NCBI GenBank assembly: GCA_043826355.1
Contig: JBDRQI010000004.1
Coordinates: forward strand, 85,961-149,960
Length of the DNA: 64,000 bases
Direction of reading: 5' to 3'
DNA from: Candidatus Omnitrophota bacterium
Lineage (GTDB): Bacteria > Ratteibacteria > UBA8468 > MWAK01
Shown here: positions 1 to 8,382 of the stretch, piece after piece
Layout: each line of letters opens with the position of its first letter
Numbering within the stretch: the stretch's first letter is position 1
The notes under the pieces: model-generated
The model's input: the letters and a program-made list of their open reading frames with translations, nothing else
What the model was told of the DNA's origin: nothing
The model's database searches: none
Program-made: the position numbers and the translations under genes

Positions 1-912
1 AATTTCTCCGGAAATTTTACCCCTTACCCGCGCCGAATATTTTCGGGCAATCTTCTCCACCATGGGCTCGCCTTCTTCCAGGACCCAGATTTCTTTAAGT
101 CCCTTCGTGAAATCGGCAATCAAGTTTTCGGAAAATGGGTAAGCGGAAATTTTAAGAAGCGCAAAATCAGGGCCATATTCACGGGCGTAAGCGTAGCCGA
201 TACCGCAGGCGATAATTCCTTTTTTCTGTTTATCTTTAAAGGCCCTGTTCAGTTTTGAGCGGTCCGTCCATTTTTGCAATTTAACCTGTTTTTCATTCAA
301 AATCCGGTGGCACCGTATAACGTTGCTGGGAATGGCTAACAATCGTTCCGGGTCTTTTTCCAGTTTAAGCGGGTTTTCCTTGCGGATGGCGCCTATTTTA
401 ACCGGAGATAAAGCGTGGGAAATTCTGGTTACGGTGCGGACCATCACCGGAAGCCCCATCTCTTCCGAGAGGTTGAAAGCCATAATGGTCATATCCTTGG
501 CTTCCTGGGAATCGCTTGGTTCCAGGCAGGGAATTTTGGCGAATTCAGCGTAATAACGGGAATCCTGTTCGTTTTGTGAGGAATAGGCGCCCGGGTCATC
601 GGCAACTGCTAAAACAAGCCCTCCCTTAATCCCCAGGTAGGCGGAAGTCATAAGAGGGTCGGAAGCCACGTTTAAACCCACGTGCTTCATGGAGCAGAGC
701 GCTCTCTTTCCGGCGTAGGATGTCCCGATGGCTGTTTCCAGGGCAACCTTTTCGTTCAAAGCCCACTGCGCGTCCCCGGAAAAGTTCTGCGCCAGGTATT
801 CCAGGATTTCCGTGGCCGGAGTTCCGGGATAGCTTATCGCCAGGGAGATTCCCGCTTCAAGCGCGCCCCGGCCAATCGCCTCATTTCCGGAAAGCAGCTC
901 TTTTGGCATCAT
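1..912 (-). CDS. iorA: Indolepyruvate ferredoxin oxidoreductase alpha subunit, runs off the left window edge
   Basis: Manual translation of minus strand: MMPKELLSGNEAIGRGALEAG..SYPGTPATEILE..NEKVALE..MKHVGLNVASDPL..ADDPGAYSSQNEQDSR; absent from the ORF track because it has no stop in the window. Confidence 0.92.
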   Translation of the reverse strand, partial: MMPKELLSGNEAIGRGALEAGISLAISYPGTPATEILEYLAQNFSGDAQWALNEKVALETAIGTSYAGKRALCSMKHVGLNVASDPLMTSAYLGIKGGLVLAVADDPGAYSSQNEQDSRYYAEFAKIPCLEPSDSQEAKDMTIMAFNLSEEMGLPVMVRTVTRISHALSPVKIGAIRKENPLKLEKDPERLLAIPSNVIRCHRILNEKQVKLQKWTDRSKLNRAFKDKQKKGIIACGIGYAYAREYGPDFALLKISAYPFSENLIADFTKGLKEIWVLEEGEPMVEKIARKYSARVRGKISGEI

Positions 913-950
913 AATAAAATAGCACAAAACCGGTTTTTTTCTCAAGCGAC

Positions 951-1160
951 TGTCGCAGCAAAATGATAATGTCTCCTTTGTGCAAAATGAAAACGTCCTC
1001 TTTTGCTATACTATCCGGCAAAGGAGGACACATTGCGAAAGGACATTATCAGAATGAGTAAAAGAGAGATTGACAGACTTGGGGTAATTCAGGAAGTAAT
1101 GAATAAGCGGACCAGACAGAAGGAAACAGCTCAAATGATTTTCCTATCCACCCGCCACCC
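951..1160 (+). mobile_element. Truncated IS remnant (ISNCY/IS1202-like left end plus about 40 codons of transposase)
   Basis: Begins TGT with sub-terminal repeats GCAAAATGATAATGTC / GCAAAATGAAAACGTC; RBS AAGGAGG, then (L/M)RKDIIRMSKREIDRLGVIQEVMNKRTRQKETAQMIFLSTR resembling the HTH N-terminus of these transposases; similarity then stops. Confidence 0.65.
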
Positions 1161-1209
1161 GGCAGGTGCGCCGGATTATCCGGGCAAGTCCACGCACCTT
1201 CTCATTCTT

Positions 1210-1785
1210 TTAAGGGTTAACAGCCGAGGCGCCGGAAGTGCCGGGGGTTTCATTAGAATCGCTTTTGGGAGAAGTTATAAAGGTTTCATCAGGGGCTTCC
1301 GGAAGCGCAGCATTTATGAGAGTAACAGCATCCGGACTTTTTGTACGAGCGTAGACTTCCGTACCTTCCTCTTGATTCAAATTTCGCTTCTCCCTTTTTG
1401 CTTTTTCATAAATATTTCGAACAGAAGGATGTTCGGAGATTACGGACATAAACTGCCTTGTTTTATCCAATGCATCAGTGGGAAAAACATTGGAAATATT
1501 TTTGATAATTTGGTCAAGCTCTTTATCGGACAGAGTAGTAGGCAAGACAGAAAGTTCCTGGTGTAATTTAGCTATATCTTTGTCAGAGAGTATTGCGGAT
1601 TTAGGCGACTCGACCGTCTGGTTTGGAACAGCGCTCTGTTGGTCATCTAAAATAGAATTCATATTTTCTTCAGTTTTAACTTTTTCTGAAGACTTTTGGA
1701 CCGTTTTGAAAGCAATGGCCACAATTAATATTATTACTAAAATCGCTGCGACTCCTAACCAATTTTTATTAATTTTATTGTCCAT
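1210..1785 (-). CDS. Hypothetical membrane-anchored/exported protein
   Basis: ORF with AGGAGGG RBS before ATG 1785; single N-terminal hydrophobic helix; AT-rich. Confidence 0.7.
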   Translation of the reverse strand: MDNKINKNWLGVAAILVIILIVAIAFKTVQKSSEKVKTEENMNSILDDQQSAVPNQTVESPKSAILSDKDIAKLHQELSVLPTTLSDKELDQIIKNISNVFPTDALDKTRQFMSVISEHPSVRNIYEKAKREKRNLNQEEGTEVYARTKSPDAVTLINAALPEAPDETFITSPKSDSNETPGTSGASAVNP

Positions 1786-2007
1786 TACTTCCCTCCTAAT
1801 TTTCACAAAAGGCAATCTACATATAGAACAAGGCGAAGATCTCTGTTTATTTTTAATTTTAACATTCCCAATTTAATTTGTAAAGGGGTGGGTTTGGATA
1901 CCAAACAAATTATAACACTTTTCTGGAATGCGGTTAAGAGATATGAAATGGTGATTCGGGGATAGTATAAAAGTAAGGGTGTGAGGGGAATAAGGTATAA
2001 TATAAGC

Positions 2008-3312
2008 ATGAAAGTTTATGCGCTGAGCCTGGGATGTCCGAAAAACCTGGTTGATACCGAAAGGTTTCTGGCTGAACTTGTCGGCAAGAAGTGGGAGGTT
2101 GTCGCAGAGCCGTCCGGCGCGGACGTCCTCTTCCTGAATACCTGCGCTTTTCTCACCGAGGCGGTAGTTGAGTCGAAAAAGTTTTTACGGGACTTAATTA
2201 CCGTCAAGAAGCGTTTTCCGGGAAAGAAGATTTATTTAGCCGGCTGTATGGTTAGACGCTTCGGTAAATCGCTCTTATCCGAATTTCCGGAGGTTGACCG
2301 GCTAATTTTTCCTCAGGAAATGGCATTTCTTTCCGGTCGTTTCCTCTGCACCCCCGGCCATTACGGCTATCTTAAAATTTCCGAAGGTTGCGATAACCAT
2401 TGTCGTTACTGTCTTATTCCTTTCCTGAGAGGCCCGTTAAAAAGTTACCCGATGGAACGTTTGATTACTGAAGCAACTGCATTGGTAACCGGCGGCGTGC
2501 GGGAATTGAATATTTGTGCCCAGGATACAACGTCTTACGGAGTTGACCTTTACGGAAAACCGGTTTTAGATAAACTATTGCGGGAAATTTGTCGGATTAA
2601 AGATTTACGCTGGGTTCGAATCCTGTATACTTATCCGACCGGTTATAACGAGGAACTGATAGAAACGCTTGCAGAACTCACTTCCCCCTCACCTTTATCC
2701 TCTCCCCATAGGGGAGAGGGTGGGGTGAGGGGGAAATTATGTCCCTATCTCGACATCCCTTTACAGCACGCCTCCGACCGGATACTTTCGGAGATGAACC
2801 GCCGGGGCAACCAAAAGGAATACCGGAAACTGATTGTCCGGTTGCGCCGCGCCGTCCCGGACTTGACCCTGCGCACCACCTTTATTGTCGGTTATCCGGG
2901 CGAGACGGAAGAGGATTTTCGGATACTCCTGAATTTTGTTAAGGAAGTTGAGTTTGAAAAGATGGGCCTCTTCGCCTACTCGGGGGAAACCGGTACGCTG
3001 GCGGCCGATTTGCCGCAAATCCCGCAAACGCTGAAGGAAGAACGGCTGGAAAAGTTATGGCAGGTCCAGAACGATATTTCGCGGCGAAAAATGGAAAGTT
3101 TTGTCGGGCGCGAAGTTGAAGCGGTTGCCGAAGATGTTAATCCGGACGATAAGAAAAAGTCTATCGGGAGAACTATTTTTGATGCACCTGAAGTGGACGG
3201 TTCAATCTTTCTGGACCGCCTGCTTCCGGCCGGGACCTTTGTCAGGGTAAAGATTACTGGTGCGGATTCCTACGACCTGCACGGAAAAGTAACACAAGTA
3301 CTGTCATCCTGA
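2008..3312 (+). CDS. rimO: Ribosomal protein S12 methylthiotransferase RimO
   Basis: SLGCPKNLVD, NTCAF, YLKISEGCDNHCRYC radical SAM motif, PYLDIPLQH, DAPEVDG TRAM domain. Confidence 0.95.
   Translation: MKVYALSLGCPKNLVDTERFLAELVGKKWEVVAEPSGADVLFLNTCAFLTEAVVESKKFLRDLITVKKRFPGKKIYLAGCMVRRFGKSLLSEFPEVDRLIFPQEMAFLSGRFLCTPGHYGYLKISEGCDNHCRYCLIPFLRGPLKSYPMERLITEATALVTGGVRELNICAQDTTSYGVDLYGKPVLDKLLREICRIKDLRWVRILYTYPTGYNEELIETLAELTSPSPLSSPHRGEGGVRGKLCPYLDIPLQHASDRILSEMNRRGNQKEYRKLIVRLRRAVPDLTLRTTFIVGYPGETEEDFRILLNFVKEVEFEKMGLFAYSGETGTLAADLPQIPQTLKEERLEKLWQVQNDISRRKMESFVGREVEAVAEDVNPDDKKKSIGRTIFDAPEVDGSIFLDRLLPAGTFVRVKITGADSYDLHGKVTQVLSS
2682..2735. repeat. 54-bp palindromic element inserted in frame in rimO
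   Basis: TTCCCCCTCACC..CCTCTCCCC ATA GGGGAGAGG..GGTGAGGGGGAA; translates as TSPSPLSSPHRGEGGVRG. Confidence 0.85.
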
Positions 3313-3509
3313 GCCCAAAAATAATATGTCATCCTGAACGCACTCTGTGTCATTCTGAGTGAAACGAAGAATCTCGTCCTTAATAAATACGAGATCCTTC
3401 GCAACTTCGGCTCAGGATGACAAAGCATTGTTTTACTCAGGATGACAAAGTACGTCAGATTCTTCGGCGGAGTTTACCCTTGAGCAGAGCGAAGGGCCTC
3501 AGAATGACA
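3302..3509. repeat. Family A palindromic repeat cluster (TGTCATYCTGAG..CGAAGRATC / GATYCTTCG..CTCAGRATGACA)
   Basis: Multiple inverted arms; about 115 bp nearly identical to 12562-12677; supplies the rimO stop codon. Confidence 0.9.
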
Positions 3510-3519
3510 GCACCATCTG

Positions 3520-5118
3520 TTATTTAATCTGCGCGGTCTTTTCCTCAAGCAGGGCCGAGGCATCCGCTGATTCGTTGGCAACGTGCGGCGTAATGAATAT
3601 CAAGAGTTCCGTTTTTTTCGGTTCTTTAACCGTTCGTTTGAAAAGATAACCGAGAACCGGAATATCCCCGAAGAAAGGAACTTTATAGGAAGTATCCTTT
3701 GTTTGATTTGTTAACAAACCCCCGATTACAACCGTCTGACCGGCTTTAACCGTAACATTGGTATCGGCTTCCCGGCTGTTGATTCTGGGCAGAATCAGGG
3801 TTCCATCTCCAATACCCGAAGAGACAGAATCACCCAGGGATGTTATTTCCGGGTGGAGAATCATTTCTACCGCGCCTTCCCGGTTAACGTGAGGTATCAC
3901 CCGGAGACTGATGCCGATGGGTTCGTAATGGTCAAGCGAACCGGTGATCAAGGTCTTTCCCAGGGCATCGGTAGTCGTGGTGGTGGTCATGATCGGGTAT
4001 CTCTCTCCAACCATAATTACGGCCGGGTAGTTGTCCAGGGCCATAATCCGAGGATTAGAAAGGATGTTGGCTTTTCCTTCTCTTTCCAGGGCTTTTATCG
4101 TTACGGTTAAAGGACTGTTGTCGTAGCCCAGAGAGAGTCCGCCCCCGGCTGACATTGCCGGGACAGGAAATACCGGGTTGGTTAAGGATGTCAAACCGTA
4201 ACTGATATGGTCATGCGTGGTGGCAGCCCAGTCAATCCCGATATCCCTTACGTATTCCGAGCCGATTTCCACAATCATCGCTTCAATCAAAATTTGGGAT
4301 GGTTTCACGTCTAATTGGCTAATAAGTGACTCAATTCTGGCTATAACCGCCGGGGAATCAACAACTATCAGGGTTTTAGGTTTTTCTTCATCGGCGGTTA
4401 TTTCGCGTGCTTTTTTCCCGATGGCAGTTCCGGTAGTGGAAACGCCGCTCATTTGCCAGCCGCCTACATATAAATTAGTCATCACATCAACCGTTCCGAT
4501 TTTAGGCGTAAGTTGATTTTTAACAATCTCCTTGATTTTTTCTGCGCTTATGTAATTAAGGGTAAATACCTTGGTAACCAGCGTATTGGCGGTCAGGGCA
4601 AGATTTTTGGCAGAAAGATTTGTCAGGGTGGAAACCAGCATCAGATTACCAACTTTTTCGTAACCAAAACCGTTTACCCCAAGGATTGCTTGCAGGGCTT
4701 CTTCCGCCGGCACGTTAACTAATGATATGGTTACGGTTCCGGTTACTTCTTTTCCCGCCACGATATTAAATCCATATTCCTGGGCGAAGAGACGCAGGAC
4801 ATCATTGAGGTCAGCATCCTTGAGGTCTAAACTGAACAGGTTATCGGATTTAATTTTAGGCGCGGATATCTTGGCGAGTAGGTTTCTAGCTTTTTCATAA
4901 TCAGGATTTATCTGCAGAGATTTGTTTAATTCGCCAATAGCCGCCTCGGTCTCTCCCTTAAGGTAATATGCCACCCCGGCCCGGAAATGTTCTTCTTCGC
5001 TATCGGTTGCGGCGGAGATGATTGGCGCTAAAAACAGAAACAGCATTAATTGTAAAAATAAAGCGGCGCTTATTAACAACCTTGTCTGTTTAACCTGTTG
5101 TTTTCGAATTGTCATCAT
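3520..5118 (-). CDS. pilQ: Type IV pilus secretin (PilQ-like) with N-terminal TPR
   Basis: Signal peptide, TPR (AIGELNKSLQINPDY), STN/N domains, secretin core QILIEAMIVE..NPRIMALDN..KVPFFGDIPVLGYLFK..ELLIFITPHV. Confidence 0.9.
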   Translation of the reverse strand: MMTIRKQQVKQTRLLISAALFLQLMLFLFLAPIISAATDSEEEHFRAGVAYYLKGETEAAIGELNKSLQINPDYEKARNLLAKISAPKIKSDNLFSLDLKDADLNDVLRLFAQEYGFNIVAGKEVTGTVTISLVNVPAEEALQAILGVNGFGYEKVGNLMLVSTLTNLSAKNLALTANTLVTKVFTLNYISAEKIKEIVKNQLTPKIGTVDVMTNLYVGGWQMSGVSTTGTAIGKKAREITADEEKPKTLIVVDSPAVIARIESLISQLDVKPSQILIEAMIVEIGSEYVRDIGIDWAATTHDHISYGLTSLTNPVFPVPAMSAGGGLSLGYDNSPLTVTIKALEREGKANILSNPRIMALDNYPAVIMVGERYPIMTTTTTTDALGKTLITGSLDHYEPIGISLRVIPHVNREGAVEMILHPEITSLGDSVSSGIGDGTLILPRINSREADTNVTVKAGQTVVIGGLLTNQTKDTSYKVPFFGDIPVLGYLFKRTVKEPKKTELLIFITPHVANESADASALLEEKTAQIK

Positions 5119-5603
5119 GGTAATACCTCCACAACTTCGGCTAATTTTTCTTTAAACTTCGTGATGGCTGCCAGTATCTGCTCAGTCGTTTCCAACGCTT
5201 GCCGATATTGAGCAATTTGAATATCATTATTGAGCTTTTTGTTCAAATTCTTAATCTTCAGGTAGTCAGGGTCTACCGGTTCTTTTTCGACAAAAATATT
5301 CACGGGGGGTGCTTTGCCTGACTCCCATACGCTTGCCGGAGCCGGTCCTCCGACGATATTAATCAGTATCGGCTGGCCAATGGAAAGTATGTTTGGGTCG
5401 GAAAGCCTGTTGAGCCGGACAAGCTCGGCGACGGTAGTTCCATGCCTTTTGGCTATCGTTGACAGGCAGTCACCCGGACGGACCAGGTAAACGGTGGTGC
5501 CGTTATCCGGGGCGGCGGCGGTATACGCCGTTAATCCAAGGGCCATGCCGGTCAGAAAGATGGTTACGGACGCCAGAATTTTCAATTTATTTATGGTTCT
5601 CAT
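5115..5603 (-). CDS. Exported LysM-domain protein
   Basis: YLVRPGDCLSTIAKRHGTTVAELVRLNRLSDPNILSIGQPI after a signal peptide. Confidence 0.9.
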   Translation of the reverse strand: MRTINKLKILASVTIFLTGMALGLTAYTAAAPDNGTTVYLVRPGDCLSTIAKRHGTTVAELVRLNRLSDPNILSIGQPILINIVGGPAPASVWESGKAPPVNIFVEKEPVDPDYLKIKNLNKKLNNDIQIAQYRQALETTEQILAAITKFKEKLAEVVEVLP

Positions 5604-5616
5604 TATTTTATATAAT

Positions 5617-5692
5617 ATAGGGGAGGGGCTATGCCCCCTTCCGCCAGAGGCGGACTTTCAGACCGCGGGCGGGGATGTAACCCCGCCCCTAC
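5617..5692. repeat. Family B GTAG-type doublet repeat
   Basis: (G/A)TAGGGGAGGGGC..CCCC..GGGCGGGGATGTAACCCCGCCCCTAC; related copies at 7232 and 53546. Confidence 0.85.
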
Positions 5693-5697
5693 AATTT

Positions 5698-6165
5698 TTA
5701 ATTTCCCAGCCGGAGAACTTCCTCGTCCGTTCCTTTTTTTAGAATGACCCGGTCTCTTTCGATGGCGATAATTTTTTTATCGTTCAGGGTGTCTCCAACC
5801 CGATAAATTTTTTCATCAATAATCGCGGACGCCTTATTAGGGCCGACCATAGTTCCGGTAAGGGAATAAGGTGTCCCTTTAATAATTAATTGAAAGGGCT
5901 GTGATGAACCGGCGCCGGCCGAAGCGAGGACCGGCTGCATCGGGTCTCTTTTGGTTGCGTGATAGTATATTGGCAGATTGACCGATTTGGATTTTTCCAG
6001 CAGGTCTGCCGTCTCTTCCCAAAAATCTTCTTCGTTAATTACTTCGGTTATTCCGGGTTCAATTTTTGCCTGGATTGGTTTTTTCCCGGCTAGGCGGAGG
6101 CTGAAGAATAGGAATCCTAAAGAAAAGAGCAGGAGAACTGCAAGAAATACCGTCTTTTTATTCAT
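5698..6165 (-). CDS. PilP-like pilus assembly protein
   Basis: N-terminal TM, RDPM motif, LTGTMVG..AIIDEKIYRVGD..I.RDRVIL; lies between pilO and secretin. Confidence 0.7.
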   Translation of the reverse strand: MNKKTVFLAVLLLFSLGFLFFSLRLAGKKPIQAKIEPGITEVINEEDFWEETADLLEKSKSVNLPIYYHATKRDPMQPVLASAGAGSSQPFQLIIKGTPYSLTGTMVGPNKASAIIDEKIYRVGDTLNDKKIIAIERDRVILKKGTDEEVLRLGN

Positions 6166-6668
6166 TTTGTATAGGCGATAACGTCTATTTTTCCCCGGTG
6201 CAGGTTTTCTGCGTTTTCCAGGGTTAACCGGTTTATTTGGAAAGGGACCTGGTTTGATTCCAGGAGGTGGATGAAATTTACAATCTGTCGATAGTTTCCC
6301 GTAAAGATAATCGTGAAGAAAACTTCACCGGCCGTTTTGGCGGTATCGTTTTGGGGGGTAGGGATAACAGAGGAAACCCGGATGTTTGCTTTTTGAGTCA
6401 AACTTAAAAGCCTGGTCAGGATCGATTTTTCCGGTACAAAGAGCCTGTTTTCAAGAGTGGCGCCAATCTCTTTCAATCCGTTTCTGGAAGCGATAATATT
6501 TTTTTCCTGCTGCATCGCAGATGACTTTAAGGTATCGGAATTTAATTTTACTTTTAGTTCTTTTATTTTAAGGTTTTGGGGAAAAACGAAAACCAGAAAA
6601 AGAGAAACCATCAACGCCAAATAAACTACGGAGGCTACCAAAAACCATCTCAAAGGGATTCTTTTCAT
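6162..6668 (-). CDS. pilO: Type IV pilus assembly protein PilO
   Basis: TM, coiled coil, FTGNYRQIVNFIHLLES motif; synteny. Confidence 0.8.
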   Translation of the reverse strand: MKRIPLRWFLVASVVYLALMVSLFLVFVFPQNLKIKELKVKLNSDTLKSSAMQQEKNIIASRNGLKEIGATLENRLFVPEKSILTRLLSLTQKANIRVSSVIPTPQNDTAKTAGEVFFTIIFTGNYRQIVNFIHLLESNQVPFQINRLTLENAENLHRGKIDVIAYTK

Positions 6669-7213
6669 TTTTTTATTCCGACCATACTGAAACTGATGGT
6701 TCCTGTTTCTTCACTTATCTGTTCAAATTTAATTTCATTCAATCCCTGTCTAAAATTTTCATTTCCGTTTAATTTTTCCAAAAAGACAGACAGGGGAACC
6801 ATCGTTTGGTTTCCGGACAACCCCTCTCCTTCCAGGGAGATAATGTTCCCTTCAAAATTTATCTTGTTGAGATGGAAATGGCTGGGTATGGCATCAGAGA
6901 GTACAACCAATTTCGGCGTCAGGACCAGGCGTTGTTCTTGGAAGAGAACGGTTTTTTTTAATTCTTCCTGCCAGTATTTCTCCTTATCGGTGGGAGAGAA
7001 CGCCTCTCTTTGTTCTTTCGTCAGGGACAAACCCTGTTTTTCTATTCGTTTGGTATATTCGGTAATAATGGTTTTATTAGTCGAGCGAACGATACTCAAA
7101 ATTGCCAGGGAGAAGAACAGGATGGGCAGAAAAATACCGATAAGGAAAAAAAGACGCTCTCTTTTTTCAATTGGGGCAGTGTATCTTTCTTTGATTAAAT
7201 TAATCTTAACCAT
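6665..7213 (-). CDS. pilN: Type IV pilus assembly protein PilN
   Basis: KINLI motif, TM, LSDAIPSHFHLNKINFEG; synteny. Confidence 0.8.
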   Translation of the reverse strand: MVKINLIKERYTAPIEKRERLFFLIGIFLPILFFSLAILSIVRSTNKTIITEYTKRIEKQGLSLTKEQREAFSPTDKEKYWQEELKKTVLFQEQRLVLTPKLVVLSDAIPSHFHLNKINFEGNIISLEGEGLSGNQTMVPLSVFLEKLNGNENFRQGLNEIKFEQISEETGTISFSMVGIKK

Positions 7214-7231
7214 ACATTTTTGTCAATAAAT

Positions 7232-7315
7232 GTATGGGAGGGGCTGCGTCCCCTCCCGCCAGAGGCGGACTTGATGAAACTCAGCCCGCGGGCGGGGATG
7301 TAACCCCGCCCCTAC
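7232..7315. repeat. Family B GTAG-type doublet repeat
   Basis: Same arms as 5617 and 53546. Confidence 0.85.
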
Positions 7316-7329
7316 ACAAAACTGCAAAT

Positions 7330-8310
7330 TTATATTCGTTCCTCGGTAGCAAGGCCGGCCAGGACGGCGCAGAAAGGGACCAGGTTTTTCCCCCGTTCTG
7401 TTTGCAGGCCATCGTCATTCAAGAGCGGATAAGGCTTCAGTTCCAACAGCATCTTTTCTCCGATAAATTCCGGCAAGAAAGGAATCTGACTGCCGCCGCC
7501 GGTTAATACCAATTTCTTAACCTTAGTTTCCATGGTCTGCTGGCAATAACTGGTCGTCTTTTCCAGTTCATCTGACAGGGTTTTTGTGATTTTATCAAGA
7601 GCATTCGGAAAGGTAATTAAGGAATATTTTCTTTCTTCCAGCATCTCCAGGACGGTTGGAGCGTCGAAGTTGTTGGTAGACGTTATTTCGGCGATTATTT
7701 TTTCGTTTCCCCAGGGGATATCCCGGATAAAAAGAAGTTTGTCTTTTTCAACTACGGCCAGGTTGCTTCTCCGGTGTCCAATGTTAAGAAGCAGGGTTGT
7801 TTCGGAATCGCTTCCGTTGTTGGCAAGGTATCCGTTTGCCAGCGCAATACTATCAACGGTTAGTCCGGCCGGCTTGAGCCCCGTTGATTTAAGTAAAGAA
7901 ATTCTTTCGTTACTTAAAATCTGCGGGGCGGCGACAAAGAGAATTCCCCTTTTTTCATTTTTTTGGCCAAGAAGAGAGAAATCGGAATCCATTTGGGAAA
8001 GGTCTTCTCCGAGAACCTGCTCTGCTTCAATTCTAATTGCCCCAATCAATTCTTTGCCGGTCAAACCGGGAAGGGACAGGTATTGCATGTTTATTTCCGG
8101 CCCGGAAATAGAAGAAAAAGCCGGTTTTTGGTCCAGGCGGTGTTTAGCGACCCAACCGGAAATCAGGGCGGCTATTTCATCCGTTTCAATAGGCCGCCGG
8201 GCAAATTCAATTGCCTTCAATTTTCCTTTGCCATCAACAAACCCTAATTTTACGTAGCGGCTGCCGATATCTACGACTACGGTGGCCTGGTTGCCTTTTT
8301 TTCGTTTCAT
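7330..8310 (-). CDS. pilM: Type IV pilus assembly protein PilM
   Basis: Actin-like VDIGSRYVK, NIGHRRSNL, LVLTGGGS; start placed at ATG 8310. Confidence 0.88.
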   Translation of the reverse strand: MKRKKGNQATVVVDIGSRYVKLGFVDGKGKLKAIEFARRPIETDEIAALISGWVAKHRLDQKPAFSSISGPEINMQYLSLPGLTGKELIGAIRIEAEQVLGEDLSQMDSDFSLLGQKNEKRGILFVAAPQILSNERISLLKSTGLKPAGLTVDSIALANGYLANNGSDSETTLLLNIGHRRSNLAVVEKDKLLFIRDIPWGNEKIIAEITSTNNFDAPTVLEMLEERKYSLITFPNALDKITKTLSDELEKTTSYCQQTMETKVKKLVLTGGGSQIPFLPEFIGEKMLLELKPYPLLNDDGLQTERGKNLVPFCAVLAGLATEERI

Positions 8311-8382
8311 TGTTTTAAAGTTTACACCATACAATATATTGATGTCAAGAAAAACCTTTTTTACTTTTCGGCTCAAAATCAA

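Noticed and set aside
1003..1566. 187-aa plus-strand ORF as a real gene
   Set aside because: Chimera of the transposase stub and the antisense strand of 1210-1785
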